DNA of 64,000 bases from Mobula hypostoma (taxonomy: Eukaryota): NCBI RefSeq assembly GCF_963921235.1, contig NC_086097.1, positions 68,574,001 through 68,638,000 on the forward strand, read 5' to 3'. The translations under genes and the position numbers were made by a program. Under the pieces are notes generated by a model. It saw only the letters and a list, made by a program, of their open reading frames with translations, had not been told where the DNA came from and did not search any database. The first letter of the stretch is position 1. The number at the start of each line of letters is the position of its first letter. Below are positions 41,759 through 54,109 of this stretch, in pieces.

Positions 41759-44044
41759 GAGGAAGGTGCAAGACAGATATATTCCAAAAAAGAAGAAATT
41801 TTCAGATGGAAAAAGGATGCAACCGTGGCTGACAAGAGAAGTTAAAGCCAAAGTTAAATCAAAGGCAAACATGAGGAATTCTGCAGATGCTAGAATTTCA
41901 AGCAACGCACATCAAAGTTGCTGGTGAATGCAGCAGGCCAGGCGGCATCTATAGGAAGAGGTGCAGTCGACGTTTCAGGCCGAGACGTCGACTGCACCTC
42001 TTCCTATAGATGCCGCCTGGCCTGCTCCAGCAACTTTGATGTGCGTTGGTTAAAGCAAAGGACAGGGCATACAAGGAAGCAAAATTTAGTGGGAAGACAG
42101 AGGATTGGCAAGTTTTTAAAAGCTTACAAAAGGAAACTAAGAAGGTCATTAAGAGGGAAAAGATGAACTATGAAAGGAAGCTAGCAAATAATATCAAAGA
42201 GGATACTAAAAGCTTTTTCAAGTATATAAGGAGTAAAAGACAGGTGAGAGTAGATATAGGACTGATAGAAAATGATGCTGCAGAAATTGTAATGGGAGAT
42301 AAGGAGATGCTGGAGGAATTGAATGAGTATTTTGCATCAGTCTTCACTGAGGAAAACATCAGCAGTATACCGGACACTCAAGGGTGGCAGGGAAGAGAAA
42401 TGTGCACAGTCACAATTACGACAGAGAAAGTACTCAGGAAGCTGAATAGGCTAAAGGTAGATAAATCTCCCAGACCAGATGAAATTGCACCCGCGTGTTC
42501 TGAAGGAAGTAGCTGTGGAGATTGCGGAGGCATTAGCGATGATCTTTCAAAAGTCGATAGATTCTGGCATGGTTCCGGAGGACCGGAAGATTGCAAATGT
42601 CACTCTGCTATTTAAGAAGGGGGCAAGGAAGCAAAAAGGAAATTATAGACCTGTTAGCTTGACATCAGTGGTTGGGAAGTTGTTGGAGTCGATTGTCAAG
42701 GATGAGGTTATGGAGTACCTGAAGACATATGACAAGATAGGCAGAACTCAGCATGGTTTCCTTAAAGGAAAATCCTGCCTGACAAACCTATTACAATTTT
42801 TTGAGGAAATGACAAGTAGGCTAGACAAGGGAGATGCAGTGTATATTGTATATTTGGATTTTCAGAAGGCCTTTGACAAGGTGCCACACATGAGGCTGCT
42901 TAACAAGATAAGAGCCCATGGAATCACGGGAAAGTTACATAAGTGGATAGAGCATTGGCTGATTGGCAGGAAACAGAGAGTGGGAATAACGGGATCCTAT
43001 TCTGGTTGGCTGCCGGTTACCAGTAGTATTCCACAGGGGTCTGTGTTGGGGCCGCTTCTTTTTATGTTGTACATCAACGATTTGGATTATGGAATAGATG
43101 GCTTCGTGGCTAAGTTTGCTGACGATACGAAGATAGGTGAAGGGGCCGGTAGTGCTGAGGAAACAGAGAGTCTGCAGAGAGACTTGGATAGATTGGAAGA
43201 ATGGGCAACAAGTGGCAAATGAAATATAATGTTGGAAAGTGTATGGTTATGCACTTTGGCAGAAGAAATAAACGGGAAGACTATTATTTAAATGGGGAGA
43301 GAATTCAAAGTTCTGAGATGCAATGGGACTTGGGAATCCTCATGCAGGATACCCTTAAGGTTAACCTCCCCTCCAGGCTGAGTCGGTGGTGAAGAACGTG
43401 AATGCAATGTTGGCATTCATTTCTAGAGGAATAGAGTATAGGAACAGGGATGTGATGTTGAGGCTCTAAAAGGTGCTGGTAAGACCTCACTTGGAGTACT
43501 GTGGGAAGTTTTGGGCTCCTTATTTAAGAAAGGATGTGCTGACGTTGGGAGAGGGTACAGAGAAGATTTACTAGAATGATTCCCGGAATGAGAGGGTTAA
43601 CCTATGAGGAACGTTTGTCCACTCTTGGACTGTATTCCTTGGAGTTTAGAAGAATGAGGGGGGACCTCATAGAAACATTTCGAATGTTGAAAGGCACGGA
43701 CAGAGTGGATGTGGCAAAGTTGTTTCACATGATGGAGGAATCTAGTACGAGAGGGCACTACTTAAGGATTGAAGGGCGCCCATTCAGAACAGAAATGCGA
43801 AGAAATTTTTTTAGCCAGAGGGTGGTGAATCTATGGAATTTGTTGCCACAGGTGGCAGTTGAGGCCAAGTCATTGGGTGTATTTAAGGCAGAGATTGATA
43901 GGTATCTGAGTAGCCAGGGCATCAAAGGTTATGGTGAGAAGGCGGGGGAGTGGGACTAAATGGGAGAATGGATCAGCTCATGATAAAATGGCGGAGCAGA
44001 CTCGATGGGCTGAATGGCCGACTTCTGCTCCTTTGTCTTATGGT
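41759..44044 (+). mobile_element. Third CR1 LINE (5'-truncated ORF2), opposite orientation
   Basis: [34 protein letters not shown]; (tcttatgg) tail; 7-bp TSD CTATTCT. Confidence 0.95.
41866..42048. mobile_element. Penelope terminal-repeat fold-back insertion
   Basis: Near-perfect inverted arms around a short spacer. TSD GTTAAA(T/G)CAAAGG. Confidence 0.85.
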
Positions 44045-46653
44045 CTATTCTCATAAGGTACGCCCTCCAATCCAGGCAACATCCTTGTAAATATCCTCTG
44101 CACTCTCTCTAATAGTATCCACATCCTTCTTGTAGTGAGGTGACCAGATCTGAACACAGTATTCCAAATGGGGTCTGACGGTCTTATATAGCTGTAACAT
44201 TACCTCACTGCTCTTGAACTCAATCCCACGATTGATGAATGCCAAGACACCATACGCCTTCTTAACAACCCTGTTAATCTGTGCAGCAGCTTTAAGTGTC
44301 CTATGGACACGGCCCCCAAGATTTCTCAGATCCTCCACACTGCCAAGAGTGTTACCATTAATATTATATTCTGTCTTCAAATTTGACCTAACAAAATGAA
44401 CCACTTCACAATTATCTGGGTTGATGTCCATCTTCCACTTCTCAGCCCAGTTCTATATCCTATTGATGTCCTGCTGTAACCCCTAACAACCCTCCAGGCT
44501 ATCCACAACATCCCCAACCTTTGTGTCATCAGTAAACTTACTAAGCCACCCCTTCTACTTCTTCATCCAGGTCATTTATAAAAATCGCTAAGAGGAGGGG
44601 TCCCAGAACAGATCTCTGTGGAACACCACTAGTCACTAACCTCCATGCAGAATACGAACCATCGACAGCCACCCTTTGTCTTCTGCGGGCAAGCCAATTC
44701 TGGATCCACAAAGCAAGGTCTCCTTGGATCCCATGCCTCCTTACTTTCTGAAGGAGCCCTGCATGGGGAACCTGATCAAATGCCATACTGCAATCCATAT
44801 ACACTACATCCACTGCTCTACCTTTATCAATGTGTCTTGTTACATCCTCAAAGAATTCAATCAGGCTCATAAGACATGATATACCTTTGACAAAGCCATG
44901 CTGACTCTCCCTAATCAGATTATATCTCTCCAAATGCTCATAAATCCTGCCTCTCAGGATCTTCTCCAACAACTTACCTACCACTGAAGTCAGACTCACT
45001 GGTCTATAATTTTCTGGGTTATCTCTACTCCCTTTCTTGAAGAAGGGAACAATATCTGCAACCCTCCGGTACTTCTCCCATCCCTATTGATGATGCAAAG
45101 ATCATCACAAGAAGTTCAGCAATCTCCTCCCTCGCTTCCCACAGTAAACTGGGGTATATCTCATCCAGTCCCAGTGACTTACCTAACTTAATGCTTTTCA
45201 AAAGCTCGAGCACATCCTCTTTCTTAACGTCTATATGCTCAAGTGTTTCAGTCAGCTGTAAGTCATCTCGACAATTGCGAAGGTCTTTTTCCCTGGTGAA
45301 TACTGAAGTAAAGTATTCATTAAGTACCTCTGCTACCTCCTCCGACTCCATGCACACATTTCTACTATCGAACCTGATTGGTCCTATTCTCACACAGCTC
45401 ATCCTCTTGCTCTTCACATATTTGTAGAATGCCTTGAGGTTTTCCTTAATCCTGCTCACCAAGGCCTTCTCATGGCCCCTTCTGGCTCTCCTAATACTAT
45501 TCTTAAGCTCATTCCTGGTAACCTTGTAATTTTCTACAGCTCAGACAGTACCTAGTTTCTTAAACCTTTCATAAGTTTTTCTTTTCTTAACTACATTTTC
45601 TACATCCTCTGTACACCATGGTTCTTAAACCCTACCATCCTCTCCCTGCCTCAATAGAACATAACAATGCAGAACTCTATGCAAATGGTCTCTGAACATT
45701 TGCCACATTTCTACTGTGCATTTCTCTGAGAATATCTGTTCCCAAGTTCCTGCCTTATAGCATCACATTTCCCCCTACTCCAATTAAATGCTTTCCCAAA
45801 TAGTCTGCTCCTATCCCTGTCCAGTGATATGGTGAGGGAGATACCTACCTCCAAACGGCTCTCCCGAGAGATCTGACACCTGATGAGGTTCATTTCCCAA
45901 TACCAGATCAAGCACAGCCTCTCCTCTTGTTGGCTTATCTTCATATTGTGTCAGGAAACCTCCCTGAACATACCTAACAAACTCCACCCCATCTAAACCC
46001 CTTGCACTACGGAGATGCCAGTCTATATTAGGAAAGTTAAAATCTCCCATCACAACCACCTTATTACTATTGTACCATTCCAGAATGACAAATGAGTTAC
46101 TATTCCTTTCCTGTTTCTGACAAGAAACTATGCCTCTCCAAATGCTCATAAGTCCTGTCTCTAAGGATCTTCTCCAATAATTTTCCCAACAATGAAGTAA
46201 GACCCACTAGTCTGTCACAAAGGAATAACATTTGCCACCCTCCAATAATCTGCTACTACACCTGTGGCCAATAAGGGGTGCAAATATCATCACTAAATGC
46301 GCAGCAATCTCTTCCCTTCCTTCCTATAGCAACCTGGGGTATATTCCGTCCAGCTCTGGAGGCTTATTTACTCTAATGTTTTTCAAAATTTCCAACACAT
46401 CATCTTACTTAAAGTCGACATGCTCCAGTACATCAGCCTTCTTTACAGTGTCCTCACAAATATCAAGGTCTCTCTCACTGGTGAATACTGAAGCAATGAA
46501 TTCATTAACGATCCCCCCTACCTTTTCCAACTCAAACATATTTTCTCTTCTATCCCTGATTGGTCCTACCCTCACTCTAGTTATCTCAGTGTGCTTCACA
46601 TACATGTAAATCCTTGGGGTTCTCATTAACCCTCCAAACCAAGGCCTTCTCAT

Positions 46654-47030
46654 AAACACAAGAAACTCTGCAGATGCTGGAAATCCAAAGCAACACACAC
46701 AAAATGTTGGAGGAACTCTGCAGGTCAGGCACTACCTATGAAAATTAAGACAGTTGATGTTTTAGACCGAGACACTTCTTCAGGACTGAGAAGGAAGGGG
46801 AAAGATGCCAGAATAAAAAGGTGGGGGGAGGGGAAAGAGGTTAGCTGGAAGGTGAAGCCCAGTTGGTAGGAAAGGTCAAGGGGTGCAGAAGAAGGAATCT
46901 GATAGGAGAGGAGAGGAGAGCAGACCATTGGAGAAAGGGAAGGAGGAGAGGACCCAGAGAGAAGCAATAGGCAGGTGAGAAGAAGTAAAAGGTCAGAGTG
47001 GGGTAAAGAAGAAGGGGGGAGGTGGTGATA
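46654..47030 (-). mobile_element. Penelope 3' end/terminal repeat
   Basis: Same terminus as 41866 and 54540, followed by the purine-rich 3' UTR. Confidence 0.75.
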
Positions 47031-47039
47031 ATAATAAAT

Positions 47040-47680
47040 AAATAAGCAATGAATATTGAGAACACGAGTTGAAGAGTCCTTAAAAGTGAGTCCATAGGTT
47101 GTGGATTGAGTTCAATATTGGAGTGAGTAAAGATATCTCCTCTGGTTCAAGAGCCTGATAATTGAAGTGTAATAACTTCCTGAAACTGGTGGTGTGGGAC
47201 TACAGGCTCCTGTACGTCCTTCCTGATGGCAGCAGCGAGAAGAGAACATGGCCTGGATTGTGGGGGGTCCTTAATGATGGATGCTGCTTTCCTGCAACAG
47301 CACTCCCCATAATTGTGTGCAATGGTGGGGAGGATTTTACCTATGATGTGGTTTTTCCCCCCACCAAACCATGATGCAACCAGTCAATATACTCTCCCCC
47401 ACACATCTAAAGAAGTTCATCAAAGTTTTAGAAGACATACCAAATCTGCATAAACTTCTAAGAAAGTAGAAGTGCTTCCATGCCTTCCTTGTAATGGCAA
47501 CTACATGCTGGACAGATCACCTGAAATGATAACAATGAGTAATTTAAAGTTGCTGACTTCCTCCACCTCTGATCCCCTGATGAGGACTGGCTCACTGACC
47601 TCCAGTTTCCTCCTCCTGTAGTCAACAATCAGCTCTTTAGTTTTGCTAACCTTGAATGAGAGGTTGTTGTTGTTTATTCA
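47040..47680 (-). mobile_element. Rex1-type LINE 3' fragment
   Basis: Reverse complement of the Rex1 RT C-terminal region also seen at 6.8-7.6 kb. Confidence 0.75.
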
Positions 47681-48879
47681 AGACAGCACTGGTGATACAA
47701 AGCAAAGTTTTGCAGGGGAACTTACAAAACCCCTAAATATACTTGTGCATGTGCTCCCTAAACAGCATCCACATTTCCACTGTACAATTCCCTGAGCAAA
47801 TCTGTCCCCAGTTTATGCTCCCAAGTTCCTGCATCATAATTCCACTTCATCTAATTAAATATTTTCCTATGGCATCTACTCCTAGCCCTCTCCAAAACCA
47901 TGGTAATGGTCAGGGAGTTTTGGTCATTGTCTCCAAAATGCTCACCCATCGAGAGATCTAACACCTGTTCATTACCTAGCACCAGATGTAGTATAGCCTC
48001 TCTTCTAGTTGGCCTGTCTACATATTGTGTCAGAAATCCTTCCTGGACCAATCTAACAAATTCCACCCCTCTAAACCTTCTGCACTAAAGAGCTACCAAT
48101 AAATATTAGGGAAGTTGAAATTACCCATGATAACGACCCTGTTACTTTTGCACATTTTCAAAATTACTAACAGAGGTATATGCACATGAAAACAATAAAA
48201 ACAAAAGAGGACACAAAAAGACTGGTAAAATAGATAGACACATGGGAAATGAAATTTAATACAATGAATACTAGTGATATATTTCTATTACATAAAATTT
48301 AATCTAGGATGCACAAAAACAGAACTAGTGTGTAGACTTCCCAGGTCTTTGAAGATGGGAGAACAAGTTGAGAAAGCTATTGAAAAGACATTCTTTGATT
48401 TTATGCACTTAAAGGAAAGCTACTTGAAGTAATAAGAAATAAAGGTGTTGAGGGTTAGCTTAATCAGTTAGATTAAAGGAAGATCATGCACTGACCTGTT
48501 GCATCAATAGGCTGTTACAATGCTGCACATACAACTTCAAATTTTCAAATATTTGCTGAAAAGCTTGAATTGAACTGTACAGAAGGTACACTATAGTGAA
48601 ACTACATATTTGATTTCTCATTTTTATTAATTTTTTTCGAAATTGAAGCACTGACTTTGATCATGCTGATTAATATATCATGCATTAATGCATTCCCTGT
48701 TTTATTTCAGATTTCTAGTATATCTACTGTATTTATAACATTTGTTGAAATATTCAGTTTTATTCATTGTGCTGAAGAACAGTCATAACATCTTAAAAAT
48801 GTAGAGTTTTCTGTTCACCAGACTTTAAAAGATATCCTGTCCTTTTATTGAATAACGTATCAAGATCTTGTTCAAGATC

Positions 48880-50030
48880 CATGATTCAAGTTTGCTTGTC
48901 CTTCATAGTACTCAAGTGTAAAGAAGAATTGAAATAATTGCTACTCCAGATTGAATGCAACACAAAAAACACAACATAAAGAACACCATAAAATACATAA
49001 AATAGCTTACTGCATATACATAGATTGATTGATTGTATGTACATAAAGTGACGCTAGGTACAGCAGTGCCTGTACATAATGCGACTGACAGGAAATAATA
49101 AAGTAATGGTGGTGGTTGATGTGATGGGGTGATTTGGTGGGTGGAGGTGTTAACCAGCATTACTGCTTGGGGAAAGTAATTGCTTTTGAGCCTTGTTGTC
49201 CTGGCGTGGATGCTACAAAGCCTCCTCCCTGATGGGAGTGGGACAAACAGTCCATTAGCAGGGTGTGTGGAATTCTTCATGATATTGCTGGCCAGTCTCT
49301 GGCACCTTTCTGATATACGCATGTCCTCGACGGCAGGCAGACTGGTGCCTGTGATGCATTGACCAGTTTTGACTGCCTGTTGTAGAGCCTTCCTGTCTAC
49401 TGTAGCACAGTTTCCATACCATGCAGTGATCCAACATGTTAGGATGCTCTCTTCTGCGCAATTGTGTAAGGCTGTTTCCTAGTCACTGAGATCAGCTCAA
49501 TGACCAGAGAAGACTTAACATGGCAAATCTATTCATTATTACTGAATAGCGCTCATCACATTTTTACAAATTCTCTAAAAATGCATCACATCTTCTGCCC
49601 ATGGAGGGGGAGGAGAGAGAATGTCCAGGATGGATGGGATCTTTGATTATACTGACTGCTTTTCTGAGGCAGCAAGAACTGTAGACAGTCCATGGAAGGT
49701 AGGTTGGTTTCTGTAAAGTGCTGAGCCGTGTCCACAACTCTTCACAGTTTCTTGCAGTCATGGACAGAGCAGCTTGCGTATCCAGCCATAATACATCCAG
49801 ACAGCATGCTTTCTGTGGTGCATTGAGAAAAATTGGTTAGGGTCAAAGGAGACAGCCATTTTTTTCAACCGCCTGAGGAAGCAAAGGATGAATTTTCTTG
49901 GCCATAGCGTCAATGTGGTTGAACCAGGACAGGCTAATGGTGATGTTGACACCTAGGAACTTGAAACCCTCAGTACTCTCAACCTCAGCACAGGTGATGT
50001 AATCAAGAGCAAGTGCACTGCACAACCCCA
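48880..50030 (-). mobile_element. Two Rex1-type LINE 3' fragments
   Basis: HPANGLFVPLPSGRR..TTRLKSNYFP; FKFLGVNIT..LSW. Confidence 0.8.
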
Positions 50031-50468
50031 CCCCCCACGTTCCCTCACCCTTGCACTTCTTGGTTTTTGTCTAATCATATTTCACTTATTCACTTAAAAA
50101 ATTACTGCCTTAAGTAAACTTATCTAAAAAGTAAGGAAAGGTCTGTTGGTGCCTAGCACTCAAAATGTAAAATAATAAATGGAACCAGCTAATAAAGTAG
50201 CTGTAAATGTTAAGTAATGTGAGCGATTAATGGTGAGGTGCATCAAAGATGCAACACCAGGTATGAAAATGCATTCACATATATGTGAAATATGTGTATT
50301 ACAGCAACGTTAAACATACTGGCAAGACCTTAAATAATTAGTTGCAAGGAGTCAAACCAATGAAAAGTGGGAGAGAGATAGTTTCGGGCAGTGTAGTAAA
50401 TTGTTTCATTTTTGCAGGTAATCTAAATGCAAACTAGAAGCAACTTATCATGAGAATGGATTTTCTAC

Positions 50469-50636
50469 CATCTGGTCAAATAACAGGGGATTTGTCTAGT
50501 GGCAAGCAAAGAAAGAATGATGTGAGAAAGATTAGCGGGCAAGTCTTACAGTTGGCTAAAATATATTTTGTGCAAACAAGAACAGATGACGCCTCAACAA
50601 TTACACCTGTCAAAAACTCCAGAAAGCAATCCATCT
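50469..50636 (-). pseudogene. LYST-like N-terminal exon
   Basis: MDCFLEFLTGV..LVCTKYILANCKTCPLIFLTSFFLCLPLDKSPVI*PD vs LYST ..[36 protein letters not shown]. Pyrimidine-rich acceptor ctcttcag. Phase-1 G|GT end at 50469 fits the phase-1 start at 38152. Confidence 0.7.
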
Positions 50637-51207
50637 CTGAAGAGCCCAGACGAAAACAGGCAAGTTCACAGGAAAATGAAATTTTTAACAATTGGCAAAG
50701 AACACTTTGATGCATGAAAAGCTAAAAATTCTGATCTCAAGTACTGATAGCCCTTTTCACCTATACCCAATCCAAAAACTTCAAAATCCAGTTATACACA
50801 TGGAATACTGCAACCAGGAAAAGTTTAAAACATATCATCTCTGACCTGAATTAATACTACAAAAACAAATGTTTTATATGGAATTTCAATTTCAAGCAGC
50901 CGTGAAGTGTTTCCATTCATAAGAAATGAATGAAAATTATCATGACAACAGTTTAGATAAAAGATTCATTTGCTTGCTTCCAAAGCCCTCTCTTTATAAA
51001 TGCAGAAAAAATAGAATCTTCGCCTGTCATCCCTTTTCATTCAAATTCTTATTTAAATTTCTCAGAATAGTCACCAATTTTACAAAATACAAGAATGACC
51101 CCTATGACTCAATGAACTCATGAACACATTAGTTTTTGCAACGTTCTATAATGCAATTATAATGTTATAATTATTTTCATTGTTTATATATTTATTATTT
51201 ACAGGCA

Positions 51208-51310
51208 ATCACGAAGTTACACATGCTTGACTTATGGACATCTGCAATATATGGGAAAACTCCCACAATATTATTAAATTCAAGTCTGATGGAGCTAGTA
51301 TGATGTTCAT
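51208..51310 (-). pseudogene. Possible extreme N-terminal LYST-like remnant
   Basis: WEF.. then, after a frameshift, ADVHKSSMCNFV vs LYST REFLTDVNRLCNAV. Short and weak. Confidence 0.3.
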
Positions 51311-52299
51311 TCCTACCAGTGGCAGAATTACTTTCTACTCTCTCCCCAATTTTAATGATTGTTCTTTCTTATCAGTCTTTTGTGCTTTTGATACCACTCA
51401 TTATAATACTACTGAGGAATGATTATCATACAGTGATTTCTGTGTATTTTCCAACTTGAGAACAAAACCAACTTTAGACATTTGTGAAAACATAACTTGT
51501 TTACAACTAAGACACAGCTTGTCATCGCATGCCCTTTGTTAGAATTATGTGGCAATATCTGGTACAAATCTGTAGTCTTTCAAAATAGAAATTTTATGAC
51601 TAAGGTTAAAAAGATTAGTTGATTATAAAAAATCTATTGTGGTGTTCCTTCAGTCCTGAGAATTTCTTTGCATAAAATTATTAAAAAAAATAAAACATAA
51701 ATATAAAATGTACACAAAATTTTGAGGGCTATGGATAAGGTGAATGCTTGCAGGGTTTTTCACCTCAGGTTCGGCAGCACTAGAACTAGTAGTCATAGGT
51801 TTAGGATGAAAGGTGAATGAAATACTTAACAGGAATCTGGGGCAAATCTTCAGAGTGAGATGTGAGTATAGAACAAGTTGCCAGAAGTGGTAAATCCAAG
51901 CTCATTTAAGAGAGGTTCAGATAGGTACATGAATGAGAGAGGTATGGAGGGTTATGGTTCTGGTTCAGGTAGATTGGACCAGGCAGAAGACCAGGTTGGC
52001 ATAAGCTGAATGGCTGAAGGGCATGTTTCTATGCTATGGTGCTCCATGACTCCATGATTCTAAACAAATGGAGCATGAGAAAAATTTGCTGCATTTAAAG
52101 CACTTTATCGTACCAATCATTAGCTTTGATTACTAGAGACAACCTTTGTATTATGGCTACTTAGGTTACAGAAATTTGCTCTTGCAGAATTCACACATCA
52201 CTACCCAAAAATTTGTGATGCAGAATAAAATTCAGTCTCATAGAATTTGCATGTAAGTAAATAAATCAATACAATCCAACTCATATTTTTTTGATGCAT

Positions 52300-53960
52300 G
52301 TGCATAACATAGTCTGATTAGGAATAGTCAGCATGGCTTTGTGAGGGGCAAGTCATGCCTCATCAGCCTGGTTGAATTCTGAGGATGTTGACAAAGTACA
52401 CTGATGAAGGTAGAGCAGTGAATGCAGTGTACATGGATCTTAGTAAGACATTTGATAAAATGCCCAATAGTAGGCTCATCCAGAAATTAGAAGGCATGGG
52501 AGGTAAGGAAACTTGGCTGTGTAGATTCAGAATTGGCTTGCCCATAGATGGCAGAGGGTAGATGTAGATGGAGTGTGTTCAGCCTGAGATCAGTAACCAG
52601 TGGTGTTCCACAGGGATGTGTTCTACAACACCAGCTCTTTGTAAATTTTATAAATGACTTGGTTGAGGATGGGTTAGTAGTTTACTGTGCAAGTTGATAA
52701 TGTGGTTAAGGATGTGTATGGTGTGTTGGCTTTGATTAGTCAGGTGTCTGAATTTAAGAGTCGTGAGGTAATATTGCAACTCCATAAAACTCTAATTAGA
52801 ATACATTTGGAATATTAGACCATAAGACATAGGAGCAAAATGGGCCATTCAGCCCATCAAGACTGCTCTGACATTCCAACATGGCTGATTTGTTATCTAT
52901 CTTTAACACCATTCTTCTGCCTTCTCCCCGTAATCAAAACCCTATCAACTTCTACTTTAAATATATCCAATGACTTGGCCTCCACAGCTGCCTATGGCAA
53001 TGAATTCCACAGATCCACCACCCTCTAGCTAAAGAAATTCCTCTTCACCTCTGTTCTATATAGACGCCTCTCTATTCTGAGGCTTTGACCTCTGGTCCTA
53101 GACTTCTCCACGATTGAAAATATTATCTCCACAAACATTCTATATTGGCCTTTCAGTGTTCAACAGGCTTTAATGAGATTTCCCACCCCCCCCCCCCCGC
53201 CATTCTTCTAGTACAAGCCCAAAGTCACCAAACTCTCCTCATTCGTTAACCTTCTAATTCCTGGGATTCATTCTTGTGAACCTCCTCTGCACCCTGTCCA
53301 ATGCCAGCACATATTTTCTTAGATAACGCGCCCAAAACTGTTCAAAATATTCCATTTGTAGTTTGACCAAGCTTCAGCATTACAATCTTGCTTTCATATT
53401 CTAGTTTTCTTGAAATGAATGCTAAAACTGTATCTACATATTGTGCTCAGTTCTGGTCGCCTCATTATAGGAATGCTATAGAGAGGGTGCAGAGGAGACT
53501 TACCAAGATGCTGTCCAGATTAGAGAGCATGCTTTATGAGGATAGGTTGAGTGAGCTAGGGCATTTCTCTTTGGAGCAAAGGAGAATGAGAAGTGACTTG
53601 ACAAAGGTACAAGTTGATAAGAGGCACAGATCATGGATAGCCAGAGATCTTTTCCCATGGTGGAAATAGCTAATTCTAGGGGATATGATTTTAAGGTGAT
53701 TGTTGGAAAATATAGACGGGGCTGTCAGAGGCAAGTTCTTTACACACATTGGTGAGCACATGCAACACCCTTCCAGGGATAGTGGTAGACATAGATATAT
53801 TAGGGGCATTTAAGAAACTCTTAGATAGATTCATGGATGATAGAAAAAATGGAGGGCTATGTAGAAGATATGGATTATTCTGATCTTAGAATAGATCAGG
53901 CACAAAGGTCGGCACAACATTTTGAGCTGTAGGGTTAGTACTGTGCTGTAATATTCTATC
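52300..53960 (+). mobile_element. CR1 fragments with a nested minus-strand CR1 3' end (~52816-53425)
   Basis: QHGFVRGKSCL, YCAQFWSPHYR; inner tail accataagacatagg. Confidence 0.75.
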
Positions 53961-54109
53961 CCTGTTATGTCTCAGGGTATTGGTGAGGGTTGACATGTAA
54001 AGAACAGAAGCGATGCAGGTGAGGGCAGCACTGATAGCAGTGGGTGGGGGGGGCGACGGTGGTGGAGGAGGAAATCCTTGTTTTCTGAAAAAGGAGATAA
54101 AGAAGAACA

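Larger units (their letters stand above)
41340..46127 (-). mobile_element. Second CR1 LINE (EN+RT) inserted in the old CR1
   Basis: [29 protein letters not shown]. 3' tail at 41340. Flanking ACTATG duplication. Confidence 0.85.
40400..48165 (-). mobile_element. Old CR1 LINE acting as host for nested insertions
   Basis: Collinear CR1 ORF2 pieces at 40400-41340, 46125-46650 and 47700-48165. Confidence 0.75.
4081..51310 (-). pseudogene. LYST-like: Decayed multi-exon LYST-like gene (divergent paralog), N-terminal ARM-like and ConA-like regions; 3' part lies beyond the left edge
   Basis: About 15 collinear minus-strand segments carry LYST-like motifs in the correct order. Several keep AG/GT splice sites. 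Most contain stops or frameshifts. Matched by eye to recalled human LYST. Confidence 0.8.

Noticed and set aside
50450..50710. Plus-strand 86-aa ORF
   Set aside because: It is antisense to the LYST-like N-terminal exon and has no recognisable features.
4081..51310. A functional LYST gene, or a processed pseudogene
   Set aside because: Stops and frameshifts occur in most segments, while introns and splice sites are retained.
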